A stretch of 64,000 nt of DNA. It comes from Candidatus Spongiisociaceae bacterium. Lineage in GTDB: Bacteria; Actinomycetota; Acidimicrobiia; Spongiisociales; Spongiisociaceae. Shown piece after piece: positions 10,012-20,402 of the stretch (positions are counted from its first letter, which is position 1; each line of letters starts with the position of its first letter). The notes beneath the pieces were generated by a model. That model was not told where the DNA came from. It saw nothing but the letters and a program-made list of their open reading frames with translations, and searched no databases. A program made the position numbers and the translations under genes. Location: the NCBI GenBank assembly GCA_965202665.1, contig OZ241841.1:2112001-2176000 (forward strand), written 5' to 3'.

Positions 10012-11547
10012 TTAGGAGTCGTCCGACTGCGGATACAGTCCGAGCGTAACCGATAATTCCATGGCGGCGCCCTCGCGGAGGACGCTGACCCGCACCGGGC
10101 TGTCCGCCCGGTAGCCGCGCAACCGGGCCACCAACAACGTCATGGAGACCACCGACTGGTCGTCCAAAGCGGTTATCACATCCCCGGCCTGTCCCCCGGC
10201 CGCCCCGAAACCGGAGCCGTCCAGCAAGCGGTTGACCTCCACCCCGATCGGGGTTTTCACGCCGAAATCGTCTTCTTCGAAGGCCGGGCTGCCCTCTATC
10301 CCCAGGTAGGCGTGCCGCACCTCGCCGTCGGCCAGCAGGTCGTCGATGATGCCGGTAACCAGGTCTATCGGAACCGCGAATCCGATGCCTTCCGCCCCCA
10401 CGTCGCTCAGGCCGATGGCGGAGGTGATGCCCAGCAACTGGCCTTGCCGGTTGAGCAGGGCCCCTCCGCTGGAGCCGCGGGTGATGGGCGTGTCGGTTTG
10501 CAACAGTCCGTACAGTTGGGCCCCGGAGTAGGGGTCGACCAGCAACGTCCGGTCGAAGGCGGAAATCACCCCCGAGGTCACCGAGGGCCCCCCGTCCAGA
10601 CCCAGCGGGTTGCCGATGGCCACCGTCGGATCTCCGATGCGGGCGGTTTTAATGTCGGCGAACTCCACCGGACGCAAGTCGGGCCATTCCACTTTCAGAA
10701 CGGCGATGTCCATCAGCGGGTCGGAACCGACTTCTTTGGCGGGCAGGCTGCGCCCGTTGTGCAGGAGCACCCGCAAGGCGGCCGCCCCGTCGATCACATG
10801 ATGGTTGGTGAGCAGATGGCCGTCGGTGTTGAAAATCACCCCGCTCCCGGAGGACGACGGATCGACATCGCCCTCGTCGGCGTAGTTGTAGACGGCCACG
10901 ATGGTCGGAATAACCTGCTCGGCCACCTCGGCCACCGTATTAATTGGGGTAGTGGTGGTAGTGGTGGCAACGGGGGGGATGGGGACGGCGGGGGGGCCGT
11001 CCGTTTCATATTGGTCCTCGTCGCCCAAGGAGAGGTCCGCCAACTCTCCGGCGACGGCCGCCGCGTCCCCGATCGCCGGCGCGGCGGGGGATTGGACGAG
11101 GGTGTAGTTGGGGGAGGCCGTCTCGGGTGTGACCGGCGGCGGCTGGTCGAACGCCCCGGCCCGCCACAACAGAAGACCTCCGGAGACGGCGGTCAGCAAG
11201 GCGGTCAGCAGGGCGACGGCGGTTATCATCCGCCACGGCGGCCGGGACGGTTCCGGCTTCGGTTCGGGGTCGTCGTCTAGTTGTTCCAAAATCCCCCAGT
11301 CAAAACGGGCCCCCGGGGCGAACACCGGTTCCGAGTGCGGATAGGGGCCGGCGTCGTCCCCCGCGCCGTCGTAAGCCGGACTTTCACCGGGAGGTTGCGG
11401 CGGGCGGTCGGCGGGGGGTTGGTCCCGCAGGCCGGTTTCCGCCGCGGGCGGGTCCGGTCGGGGTTTGGTTCCGTCCGGCGCGCGTTCCATCCCGAAGGGC
11501 TCCGGCGGGTTTTCCGGTTCGGTCGGCTGATAAGGTTTATGTTCCAT
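10012..11547 (-). CDS. htrA: HtrA/DegP-like membrane serine protease with PDZ domain
   Basis: TM helix, GSGVI, LTNHHV, DIAVLKV, QTDTPITRGSSGGALL, C-terminal PDZ. Confidence 0.9.
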   Translation of the reverse strand: MEHKPYQPTEPENPPEPFGMERAPDGTKPRPDPPAAETGLRDQPPADRPPQPPGESPAYDGAGDDAGPYPHSEPVFAPGARFDWGILEQLDDDPEPKPEPSRPPWRMITAVALLTALLTAVSGGLLLWRAGAFDQPPPVTPETASPNYTLVQSPAAPAIGDAAAVAGELADLSLGDEDQYETDGPPAVPIPPVATTTTTTPINTVAEVAEQVIPTIVAVYNYADEGDVDPSSSGSGVIFNTDGHLLTNHHVIDGAAALRVLLHNGRSLPAKEVGSDPLMDIAVLKVEWPDLRPVEFADIKTARIGDPTVAIGNPLGLDGGPSVTSGVISAFDRTLLVDPYSGAQLYGLLQTDTPITRGSSGGALLNRQGQLLGITSAIGLSDVGAEGIGFAVPIDLVTGIIDDLLADGEVRHAYLGIEGSPAFEEDDFGVKTPIGVEVNRLLDGSGFGAAGGQAGDVITALDDQSVVSMTLLVARLRGYRADSPVRVSVLREGAAMELSVTLGLYPQSDDS

Positions 11548-11579
11548 CGCGCCCCCTAGTTTAAAGGAAAATAAAACTT

Positions 11580-12026
11580 ATGTCGTCCGTTCCGTTCCCG
11601 CCGCCCGCCGTTCGCCGGGTGCGGGTGTCCGAAGCCCCCATCGAGGCCGGGATTCTGGCCGAGCGGGTAACCCATCCGGCCAGCGGCGCCATCGCCCTCT
11701 TTTTGGGGACGGCCCGCGATCATTCACCGGGCCGCGCTGGCATAACCCACTTGGAATACGAGGCTTACGAAGGGGCGGCGCAGGACAAGATCAACCAGGT
11801 GATCGACGAGGCGGCCGCCCGCTGGCCCCTGCGGGCGGTGGCGGTGGAGCACCGCACCGGGCGGGTGGAGGTGACTGAAGCCTCGGTGGCGGTGGCCGTG
11901 TCCAGCGCCCACCGGGACGACGCCTTCGCCGCCGCCCGCCACATCATCGACCGGCTAAAAGAACGGGTCCCCATCTGGAAGAAGGAAGTCTGGCCGGGGG
12001 GCGGGCAATGGTCGCCGGGTTCTTAG
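11580..12026 (+). CDS. moaE: Molybdopterin synthase catalytic subunit
   Basis: GAIALFLGTARD, LEYEAY, HRTG, SSAHR, LKERVPIWKKE. Confidence 0.93.
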   Translation: MSSVPFPPPAVRRVRVSEAPIEAGILAERVTHPASGAIALFLGTARDHSPGRAGITHLEYEAYEGAAQDKINQVIDEAAARWPLRAVAVEHRTGRVEVTEASVAVAVSSAHRDDAFAAARHIIDRLKERVPIWKKEVWPGGGQWSPGS

Positions 12027-12170
12027 ATAAGGACGGGGCCGCCTCCCCGTCCGCCAAAGGCGCCGAAATTTCAAGACGGGACGGCGATAATCGTATAGGC
12101 TTCCATCGGGGCGCGGCGCCGTCTTAACATATAGCGTGGCAACAACCGGCGGGAGGCGGGAGAAAATCTG

Positions 12171-14048
12171 ATGACAGCCGTACTGGAACGTCCGCAAGAA
12201 GAGTCGACCGAACCGGGGGCCGACTATCCCACAGTGGCCGCCCGGGTGCGCAACTGGGCGGAGAAACACCCGGAGCGGGTGGCCTTGCGGGAGAAGGATT
12301 TCGGCATCTGGGTGGAAATCACCTGGGCCGACCTGTGGGAGGAGGCGCTGACCGCCGCCCACGGCCTGCTCGCCTTGGGGGTGGGCAAAGGGGAAGTGGT
12401 TTCCATCCACTCCGAGGACCGCCCCGAGTGGGTGATAATGGATTTGGCGGCGGTGGCCATACGGGGCATTAGCACCGGGCTTTACCCCACCAATCCCACC
12501 GCCGAAGTGGAATACCTGGTCAACGACTCGCAGGCCGCCGTCCACCTGGCCGAAGACCAAGAGCAGGTGGACAAGGTGCTGGAACTGCCCCGGGATCGGT
12601 TCCCGCTGGTCACCACCATTATTTACGTGGAGCCGCGCGGGGTGCGCCGATACCAGGACGACCGCTTGCTGTACTGGGACGATTTCATGGAAATGGGTCG
12701 CCGCCACCGGGCCGAACATCCGGGGGCGGTGGAGGAGCTGATGGGCGAAGCCGAAGCCGGAGATGTGATGACCCTGGTTTACACCTCGGGCACCACCGGC
12801 CCCCCCAAAGGGGCCATGCTCACCAACGGCAACGCCTCTTACTGCATCGACAAGGTGGTCAATGTGGACGGGCGCCTGCCCGGGGACAAAAAGCCGGTGC
12901 CGGACGATGAAATTCTCACCTACCTCCCGCTCTGCCATGTCGCCGAGCGGATTTTTTCCACTTGGACGATGGCGGGCAACGGGGTAACGCTCAACTTCGC
13001 CGAATCCATTGAAACCGTCCAGCAGAACCTGCGGGAAATACAGCCCACGTTGTTCTTCGCCGTCCCCCGCATCTGGGAGAGGATTCACGCCACCGTCCAG
13101 ATCAAACTGAGCGACGCCACCCTGTTCAAGCGGATAATGAACAAACTGGGAACCGCCCTGGCCGTCTATGTGGGGCGCAGCCGGGTTGGAAACAACGGCG
13201 ACTTCACGTTCTTGTCCCGGCTGGCCTACGTGATCGGCAACCCGCTTTTCTTCCGGGCCCTTAAAGAACGGGTCGGCCTGCGCCGTTGCCGCTGGGCCGG
13301 GTCGGGGGCGGCCCCCATCGCCCCCGAGGTGCTGGAGTTTTTCATGGGGCTGGGAGTCCCGGTGTTCGAGTTGTACGGGATGACCGAAAATTCGGCCATC
13401 GCCACCGTCAACTTCGCCGGGCGGGTCAAACTGGGCACGGTGGGCGAACCCTATCCGGGCATCGGCCTGCGCATCGACGAGGAGACGGGGGAGATTCAGA
13501 CCAAGCACCCGGGGGTGTTCGACGGCTACTGGAACAAGCCGGAAAAAACCGCCGAAACTTTCACCGAGGACGGCTGGTTGAAAACCGGGGACGTGGGGGA
13601 GTGGGTGGACGGAACCCACGTCAAGATAGTGGACCGCATCAAGCACATCATCATCACCTCCGGCGGGAAAAACATTTCCCCTTCCGAAATCGAGAATTCG
13701 CTCAAAACTTCCCCTTTCGTCAAAGAGGCGATGGTGATCGGCGACCGCCGCAAGTACGTGACCTGCCTGATCGGCATCGAGTTCGACACGGTGGGGGACT
13801 GGGCCACCCGCCGGGGCGTTCCCTACACCACCTACCGCGACCTGTCGGAGAAGCCGGAGGTGCTGGAAATGATGCAGGGGGTGGTGGACGAGACCAACCG
13901 CAAATTCGCCCGGGTGGAGCAGATCAAAAAGTTCCGTATGATTCCCAAAGAACTGGACCACGAGGACGGCGAGTTGACCGCCACCCAGAAACTGAAGAGG
14001 GAGGCGATGGAGGACATGTTCACCGAGTTGGTGGAGTCGATGTACTGA
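12171..14048 (+). CDS. Long-chain fatty-acid--CoA ligase (AMP-dependent)
   Basis: YTSGTTGPPKG, YLPLCHVAER, YGMTE, TGDVG, GGKNISPSEIE. Confidence 0.9.
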   Translation: MTAVLERPQEESTEPGADYPTVAARVRNWAEKHPERVALREKDFGIWVEITWADLWEEALTAAHGLLALGVGKGEVVSIHSEDRPEWVIMDLAAVAIRGISTGLYPTNPTAEVEYLVNDSQAAVHLAEDQEQVDKVLELPRDRFPLVTTIIYVEPRGVRRYQDDRLLYWDDFMEMGRRHRAEHPGAVEELMGEAEAGDVMTLVYTSGTTGPPKGAMLTNGNASYCIDKVVNVDGRLPGDKKPVPDDEILTYLPLCHVAERIFSTWTMAGNGVTLNFAESIETVQQNLREIQPTLFFAVPRIWERIHATVQIKLSDATLFKRIMNKLGTALAVYVGRSRVGNNGDFTFLSRLAYVIGNPLFFRALKERVGLRRCRWAGSGAAPIAPEVLEFFMGLGVPVFELYGMTENSAIATVNFAGRVKLGTVGEPYPGIGLRIDEETGEIQTKHPGVFDGYWNKPEKTAETFTEDGWLKTGDVGEWVDGTHVKIVDRIKHIIITSGGKNISPSEIENSLKTSPFVKEAMVIGDRRKYVTCLIGIEFDTVGDWATRRGVPYTTYRDLSEKPEVLEMMQGVVDETNRKFARVEQIKKFRMIPKELDHEDGELTATQKLKREAMEDMFTELVESMY

Positions 14049-14049
14049 A

Positions 14050-15126
14050 ATGTCGGCTCGGTCGGAGGGCGGCGGGGGCCGGTCGTTGTTGCCCCGGATT
14101 GCGGGATGGGTCAGGGCGCATCGCAGCCTGGCTTGGGCGGCCGGGGCGGCCACGGCCGCTTTGGCGATATGGCGGGCGTCGGCGGCCCACGACCCGGCCG
14201 CCACCGCCGGGGGGGTGCTGGCCGGCGGGCTCTCCCTAGGGGCCATTTACGCCCTGCTGGCTTTGGGGTTCGTGATCATCTTCAAAGCCACGCAGGTCAT
14301 CAACTTCGCCCATGGGGCCATCGCCGCCCTGGGGGCCTACGTGGTGGCCTACCTGATCACCCGCTTGGAGATTCCCAGCCGCTGGTGGCCGGGGGTTCCC
14401 GGCTGGATGGACTGGATCGCCGGGCTGATCCTGGCCATGTTGATCACGGCCGCGGTCGGGCTGGTGCTGGAGCGGCTGGCCATCCGCCCCATGGTGGGGG
14501 AGCCCCTGTTCGCCATCGCCATGGTGACCATCGGGCTGGACATCGTGATCCGCACCATCACCAACGACCTGATCCTGCCCGACCCGGACCCGCTGGGCGA
14601 TCCGTGGGGGGCGAGCGTGGTGAGGGCGGGGCCGACCAACATCGCCGCCACCGAGATCGTCACCATCGGTGCGGCGGTGGTTTTGGTGGTGGCGGTGGCC
14701 CTCTTTTTCCGCTCCCGCACCGGGGTGGCCATGCGGGCCACCGCCTTCGATCAGGAGGCGGCCATGGCGCAGGGCATTTCGGTGGGGAAGATCTTCGCTT
14801 TGGCGTGGGCCATCGGGGCGGGGCTGGCCGCCATCGCCGGGGTGTTCGCCTCGGTCTTCCCCCGTTCGGTGGGAGTGGACACCGCCACCGCCTTCGTGGC
14901 CTTCAGGGCTTTCCCGGCCATCATCCTGGGCGGGCTTGATTCGGTGACCGGGGCGGTGATCGGCGGGTTCATCATCGGCTTGGCGGAAAGCTACGCCGGG
15001 GCCTATTTCACTTGGAGCGGTTTCGGCACCGGGTTCCCCGGCATCGTCCCCTACCTGGTGATGATGCTGGTGCTGCTCATCCGCCCCTACGGGCTTCTGG
15101 GGACCGAGGAGATCCGCCGGGTATGA
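14050..15126 (+). CDS. livH: LivH-like ABC permease
   Basis: GAIYALLALGFVIIFKATQVINFAHG; GVAMRATA; ILGGLDS. Confidence 0.88.
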   Translation: MSARSEGGGGRSLLPRIAGWVRAHRSLAWAAGAATAALAIWRASAAHDPAATAGGVLAGGLSLGAIYALLALGFVIIFKATQVINFAHGAIAALGAYVVAYLITRLEIPSRWWPGVPGWMDWIAGLILAMLITAAVGLVLERLAIRPMVGEPLFAIAMVTIGLDIVIRTITNDLILPDPDPLGDPWGASVVRAGPTNIAATEIVTIGAAVVLVVAVALFFRSRTGVAMRATAFDQEAAMAQGISVGKIFALAWAIGAGLAAIAGVFASVFPRSVGVDTATAFVAFRAFPAIILGGLDSVTGAVIGGFIIGLAESYAGAYFTWSGFGTGFPGIVPYLVMMLVLLIRPYGLLGTEEIRRV

Positions 15127-16448
15127 GGGGCCGCCCGCACCTGTTCGTCTCCTACGAGGCGGAGCAGTCGCTGTTCCCCACTTGGACGCAACGGGTGTTG
15201 CTGGCGGCGGCGGCCCTGGTGTTGCTCCTGCTGACGATGGGAACCACGCTGGACTTCGGGGAGGCCTCTTTGCGTCCGCTGGGTTTTCTAGCCGACCCCG
15301 ACTGGCAGAAAATTCTTTCCCGGGTGGCCATCTTCGCCATAGGGGCGCTGGGCATCAACATTCTCACCGGGCTGGCGGGCCAGATTTCGGTGGGTCATTC
15401 TTTCTTCGTGGGGATCGGGGCTTACACGGCCACCGTGCTGGGGTCCGCCCCCGGCTCGGAAGGCGTTTTCGGCCCCCGCTGGGGAATGGGGCTCCCCATC
15501 TGGATCTGGTTGCCCGCGGCCGGGGCGGTGGCCGCCTTGGTGGGGGTGTTGGTGGCCCCCACCGCGGTGCGGGTGCGGGGCTTGTATCTGGGGTTCGTGA
15601 CTTTGGGGCTGGTGTTTATCGGGCAGTGGGCCTTTCGCAATTTTTCATCCGTCACCGGCGGTTCGCAGACCGGGCGGACTTGGCCCGGTTTCGAGGTGCG
15701 GTTGTGGCGGGAGGAGCAACCGTTGCTGGACATGACCGCCGACGGGCCGGCTTGGTTCTGGTTGGACTGGCTGGACTGGCTGCTGGGGCCGTGGATCAAC
15801 CTGGCCGACGAAATGTCGGAGGAGGCCAAGGTTTTGCTGTTCGTGGCCGCGTTGGCGGCGGTGTTCGTGTGGACCGCCAAAAACCTGCAGCGCACCCGCA
15901 TCGGCCGTTCTTTCATGGCCCTGCGGGACCGGGACATCGCGGCCGAGGTGATGGGCGTGCCGGACGCCCGCACCAAACTGATCGCCTTCGCCATCTCCTC
16001 CTTCTACGCCGGGGTGGCCGGGGCCCTGTTCGGGGCTTTCGTGGGCCGCCTCATCCCGGAGGGATTCGACTTGGCCATGGCGGTGCAGTTCCTGGCCATC
16101 ATCCTCATCGGCGGGGCGGGCACCGTGGCCGGGGCGTTGATGGGCACCGCCTTCGTAGTGATGCTGCCCCGCCTGGTGCAGGACTTCTCCGAGTGGCTGA
16201 GCGGAATCGCCGAGAGCGGTTCGGGGGTGTTGGCCGCCGTTTCCGACCTGGTGGTTTCCACCGGTTCCGACAACGCCGGATTGGTGTCCGTAAAGTCCGG
16301 CTTCACCCCCGGTCTGAGCGTGGACCAGCTCAACCTGTTAATTTACGGACTGTTGATCGTACTGTTCCTGATTTTTGAACCCCTCGGCTTGTACGGGATC
16401 TGGATAAGAATTCGCAACTATTGGAAAGGATGGCCCTTTACTTATTAG
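15123..16448 (+). CDS. livM: LivM-like ABC permease
   Basis: ATG overlaps upstream stop (ATGA); GINILTGLAGQISVGH, RVRGLYL, GRSFMALRD. Confidence 0.88.
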   Translation: MRGRPHLFVSYEAEQSLFPTWTQRVLLAAAALVLLLLTMGTTLDFGEASLRPLGFLADPDWQKILSRVAIFAIGALGINILTGLAGQISVGHSFFVGIGAYTATVLGSAPGSEGVFGPRWGMGLPIWIWLPAAGAVAALVGVLVAPTAVRVRGLYLGFVTLGLVFIGQWAFRNFSSVTGGSQTGRTWPGFEVRLWREEQPLLDMTADGPAWFWLDWLDWLLGPWINLADEMSEEAKVLLFVAALAAVFVWTAKNLQRTRIGRSFMALRDRDIAAEVMGVPDARTKLIAFAISSFYAGVAGALFGAFVGRLIPEGFDLAMAVQFLAIILIGGAGTVAGALMGTAFVVMLPRLVQDFSEWLSGIAESGSGVLAAVSDLVVSTGSDNAGLVSVKSGFTPGLSVDQLNLLIYGLLIVLFLIFEPLGLYGIWIRIRNYWKGWPFTY

Positions 16449-16502
16449 AGTATCGGGAAAGGTTTCCGGCCGGCGCGGTCGCCGGCCTCGACTAGAGAGA
16501 GG

Positions 16503-17927
16503 ATGAAGACAATGCTCAAGTACAAAACCCTAGCGGCGGTGATGCTGGCCATGGCCTTGGCGGCGGCCGCTTGCGGAGGCGGCGACGACGAACCCGCGCC
16601 CGCTACCACTCAGCCCGCCACGACTACCACCCAGGCCCCGACCACCACCATGGCCGAGGAGGAGATGGAGGAGACGACCACCACCACGGCCGCTCCGGTT
16701 ACCACCATGGCGGAAGAAGACGACATGATGGACCTCGCCACCGACGTGGGAGTGGATCTGGACGCCGGAGTGATCAAAGTCGGGTTGCTGTCCGATCTGA
16801 CCGGTCCGTTCGGCGCTCTGGTCACGCCCATCGTCACCGGCCACGAAGCCTATTGGGACAACGTCAACAAGAGCGGCGGGATCAACGGGATGACCGTGGA
16901 GCTGGTGGTGCGCGACACCCAGTACGTGATCGACAACCACGTTCAGATGTACGCGGAGCTGAAAGACGAGGTGGTGGCCTTCGGGCATTCCACCGGTTCC
17001 CCCCACACCGTGGCCATCAACGACCAATTGCAGGAAGACGGCATTTTGGCCGTTCCCCTCACTTGGTATTCCGGATGGAGCGACCCGGCTTTGAACGACA
17101 ACCTGGTGCCGCACGGGGTTCCCTACTGCATCGAGGCGATGAACTCCATCGACTACATCGTCAACAACCGGGACGTTTCCACCATCGCCATCGTGTCCTT
17201 GCCCGGCGACTACGGGCTGGATTCGGCCACCGGCGCCATGTTGGCCGCCGAAGCCCTCGGTTTGGAGGTGGTGTACGACGGCAGCGGCAAGATAATTCCC
17301 GGCGAGGACATGAAGCCGATCGCCGATGAGATCGTGGCCAGCGGGGCTGATCTGGCTTTCGTCACCACCACCCCGGGGACTTTCTCCCAGATCTACGGGC
17401 AGGCCATCGCCCAAGGTTACGTGGCCGCTTGGTCGGGGGCCCTGCCTTCTTGGAACCCGGCCTACGTGGACCCGGATTCGGCCATCAAAGAAGCCATTGA
17501 GCGGGACTTTATCGCTTCCGGTTACATTTCCCTGTGGTCTTCCCCCCGGGCCGCCGACGTGCGGGATCTGATCACGGGGTATCAGTCGGACGCCGCCCCC
17601 AACGACTATTACGGGGAGGGGATCGTGGAGGCCACCATCCTCCATCAGGCCTTGTTGAAAGCGGTGGAAAACGGCGATTTGACGCAGGGCGGGGTTTTGG
17701 CCGCCGCCAAGAGTTTGGAGAACGTGGACTTCGGCGAGTTCGCCCCGTCGGAGAACTACACGGCCTCCAACCCCAACGACGGGGTGCAGAAGACTTCGGC
17801 GGTAATTTTCAAGCCGTCGGCGGCCGACCGGGCCGCGGGGGGCACCGGCACCGAAGTCTTGGCCGAGGACTGGGTTTCGGAAACCGCCCGCAACTACGAC
17901 TTCCAGTCCGCCTGCTACTCGCTCTAA
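16503..17927 (+). CDS. Liv-type ABC substrate-binding lipoprotein
   Basis: Lipobox AAAC, Thr-rich linker, IKVGLLSDLTGPF, GGING. Confidence 0.85.
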   Translation: MKTMLKYKTLAAVMLAMALAAAACGGGDDEPAPATTQPATTTTQAPTTTMAEEEMEETTTTTAAPVTTMAEEDDMMDLATDVGVDLDAGVIKVGLLSDLTGPFGALVTPIVTGHEAYWDNVNKSGGINGMTVELVVRDTQYVIDNHVQMYAELKDEVVAFGHSTGSPHTVAINDQLQEDGILAVPLTWYSGWSDPALNDNLVPHGVPYCIEAMNSIDYIVNNRDVSTIAIVSLPGDYGLDSATGAMLAAEALGLEVVYDGSGKIIPGEDMKPIADEIVASGADLAFVTTTPGTFSQIYGQAIAQGYVAAWSGALPSWNPAYVDPDSAIKEAIERDFIASGYISLWSSPRAADVRDLITGYQSDAAPNDYYGEGIVEATILHQALLKAVENGDLTQGGVLAAAKSLENVDFGEFAPSENYTASNPNDGVQKTSAVIFKPSAADRAAGGTGTEVLAEDWVSETARNYDFQSACYSL

Positions 17928-18000
17928 GGACGACCGGTCGGGGGAGCGGAGCCGCCGGTTCCGCCCCCCCGGCCCCTCCTCACCCGGATTTTGTCCCATC

Positions 18001-18810
18001 GTGTCGGAGCAAGCCAACCGCTTGGAAGTCGCCAACCTGGAAGTGGTGTACAACGACGTGGTGTTGGTGTTGCGCGGCATTTCCCTGGAGGTGCCGGCCG
18101 GCCAAGTGGTGGCCCTGCTGGGGGCCAACGGAGCGGGCAAAACCACCACCCTGCGGGCGGTGGGCGGCCTGCTGGACATCCACGAGGGTGAGATCACCAA
18201 AGGTTCCGTCACCTGGAACGGGGAGGTGATCAACCACAAGGATCCCTCCTACATCGTGCGCTCCGGCATCACCCAGGTAATGGAAGGCCGGCGGGTGTTC
18301 GTGGAGTTGAGCGTGGAGGAAAACTTGCGCACCGGGGCTTACACCAACCGCCGCCGCGATTCGGTGCGGGACTCTTTTGACCGGGTGATGACCCTGTTCC
18401 CGGTGCTGGCCGAACGGCGGAGGGCCACCGCCGGTTACCTTTCCGGCGGGGAGCAGCAGATGCTGGCCATCGGGCGGGCGTTGATGGCCGACCCGAAACT
18501 TTTGGTGTTGGACGAGCCGTCGCTGGGGCTGGCCCCGCAACTGGTGCAGCAGATGCGGGACATCATCGTGGAGATCAACCGGCAGGGGGTGGGGGTGTTG
18601 CTCATCGAGCAGAACGCGGTGATGGCCCTGTCCATCGCCTCCCACGGCTACATAATGGAAACCGGCAAAATGGTGATGGATGGCAAGCCGGACAAACTGC
18701 TCAAAGACGAGGATGTGCGGGAGTTCTACCTGGGTTTGCACGGGGAAGGGGAACGCAAATCCTTTCGGGAGGTGAAACATTACAAGCGCCGCAAACGGTG
18801 GCTGAGCTGA
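18001..18810 (+). CDS. livF: LivF-like ABC ATPase
   Basis: GANGAGKTT, LSGGEQQMLAIGRAL, LDEPSLGLAP. Confidence 0.92.
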   Translation: MSEQANRLEVANLEVVYNDVVLVLRGISLEVPAGQVVALLGANGAGKTTTLRAVGGLLDIHEGEITKGSVTWNGEVINHKDPSYIVRSGITQVMEGRRVFVELSVEENLRTGAYTNRRRDSVRDSFDRVMTLFPVLAERRRATAGYLSGGEQQMLAIGRALMADPKLLVLDEPSLGLAPQLVQQMRDIIVEINRQGVGVLLIEQNAVMALSIASHGYIMETGKMVMDGKPDKLLKDEDVREFYLGLHGEGERKSFREVKHYKRRKRWLS

Positions 18811-19652
18811 TGTCCTCCGCCGGCCGCCGCCAGGCCATCCGCACCCTGGAATCCTGGGCCCATCGGGAGGAGGCGGAGGCTTCCTACGATCACCTGTTGG
18901 AAGTGGAGGACATCGACCTGTCCTTTAAGGGACTGCAGGCCTTAAGCGGGGTCGGTTTCCATGTGGACCAGGGGGAGCTGTTCGCCATCATCGGACCCAA
19001 CGGAGCGGGCAAAACCTCCATTTTCAACTGCCTGAACGGGGTGTACCGTCCGCAACGGGGGGAAATCCGGTGGGCGGGGAAGTCCATCTTGGGGGTCCGC
19101 CCCGATCGCATCGCCCGGCTGGGCATCTCCCGCACCTTCCAAAACATCGAACTGTTCGCCCATATGACGGTGTTGGAGAACCTGAGCCTGGGCAGGCACG
19201 TGCGCACCAACGTGGGCTGGCTGGCGGGCAGCGTGTGGTGGGGGAAGGCGAAGCGGGAGGAAATGGCCAACCGGGAGTTGGCGGAGGCCATCATCGACCT
19301 GCTGGAGATCAAGCAGTGGCGCAAATATCCGGTGGCGTTGCTTCCCTACGGAGTGCAGAAAAGGGTGGAGTTGGGCCGGGCGTTGGCCATGGAGCCCCGC
19401 TTGCTCCTGTTGGACGAACCGGTGGCGGGCATGAATCTGGAGGAAACCGAGGATATGGCCCGCTTCATTTTGGACGTCCGGGAGGAGCTGGGGATCAGCA
19501 TCATCTTGGTGGAGCACGACATGGGCCTGGTGATGGACATCGCCGACCGGGTGATGGTGCTGGACTTCGGCCGCAAAATAGCCGAAGGCCCGCCCTCCGA
19601 GGTGCAAACCAACCCGGACGTAATCAAAGCCTACCTGGGCGAAGCCTCCTAA
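18810..19652 (+). CDS. livG: LivG-like ABC ATPase
   Basis: GPNGAGKTS, RTFQN, LPYGVQKRVELGRALA, LDEPVAG, EHDM. Confidence 0.92.
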   Translation: MSSAGRRQAIRTLESWAHREEAEASYDHLLEVEDIDLSFKGLQALSGVGFHVDQGELFAIIGPNGAGKTSIFNCLNGVYRPQRGEIRWAGKSILGVRPDRIARLGISRTFQNIELFAHMTVLENLSLGRHVRTNVGWLAGSVWWGKAKREEMANRELAEAIIDLLEIKQWRKYPVALLPYGVQKRVELGRALAMEPRLLLLDEPVAGMNLEETEDMARFILDVREELGISIILVEHDMGLVMDIADRVMVLDFGRKIAEGPPSEVQTNPDVIKAYLGEAS

Positions 19653-19683
19653 CCGGGCTCCCCCATCCGGCGACGTCCGGCGT

Positions 19684-20310
19684 TTACGGGGAGCGGCCGC
19701 CCACCAGCTTCCAGGCGGTGGGGAGCAAGCCGGCCGCCAACAGCAGTTTTATGGCGTCGCCGGCTAGGAACGGGGCCACCCCCCGTTCGATGGCTTCCGT
19801 GAAAGCCCAGTCCGGGAAGGCCCGCATCAGGCCCGCTACGCCCAGCACGTAGATGATGAAAGTTCCGGTCAGGAAAGCCCCTATGGAAGTGGAGAAACGG
19901 CGGTCTTGGCGTTGTTCGGCCAGGTAGCCCACCGCGTAACCGGCAACTATGAAACCGAGCAGGTAACCGGCGGTGGCTCCGGTGGCGGACGTCCAGCCGC
20001 CCGACCCTCCGGCGTAGAAGGGCAGCCCCGCCGCCCCCATCGCCCAGTACAGCAGCTGCGATCCCGCCCCGGCCCGCGCCCCTAAGACGGCCCCGCTCAG
20101 CAACACGGCGAAGGTCTGGCCGGTGATGGGCACCGGCGTGAACCAGAGCGGAATGGAAATCTGGGCGAACAGCGCGGTCAGCAGGGCGAACCCCGCGGTC
20201 AGGGCCAGGGTGTAGACCGTCCGGGCGGCGCGATCGTCCGCCCACCGGCGGGGCATGACCGCGGCGGCGATGGTGGCGGCGTGCATAGCGGACTCCTCCT
20301 TGTTCGACAT
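19684..20310 (-). CDS. bioY: Biotin transporter BioY
   Basis: PVPITGQTFAVLLSG, GLPFYAGG, TAGYLLGF, PFLAGDAIK. Confidence 0.92.
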   Translation of the reverse strand: MSNKEESAMHAATIAAAVMPRRWADDRAARTVYTLALTAGFALLTALFAQISIPLWFTPVPITGQTFAVLLSGAVLGARAGAGSQLLYWAMGAAGLPFYAGGSGGWTSATGATAGYLLGFIVAGYAVGYLAEQRQDRRFSTSIGAFLTGTFIIYVLGVAGLMRAFPDWAFTEAIERGVAPFLAGDAIKLLLAAGLLPTAWKLVGGRSP

Positions 20311-20402
20311 AGTTTGTTACCGGATCTTTTTGACCGGACGGGACGGCCGTCCGTTACCCCGGCCGGGCGCGGCGTCCGTTTAGTTTCGCGCCGCCGTTAT
20401 CC

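Noticed and set aside
16560-16730. Thr-rich ACC repeats in the SBP (also the V/T/E repeats at 47470-47610)
   Set aside because: Ordinary low-complexity lipoprotein linkers
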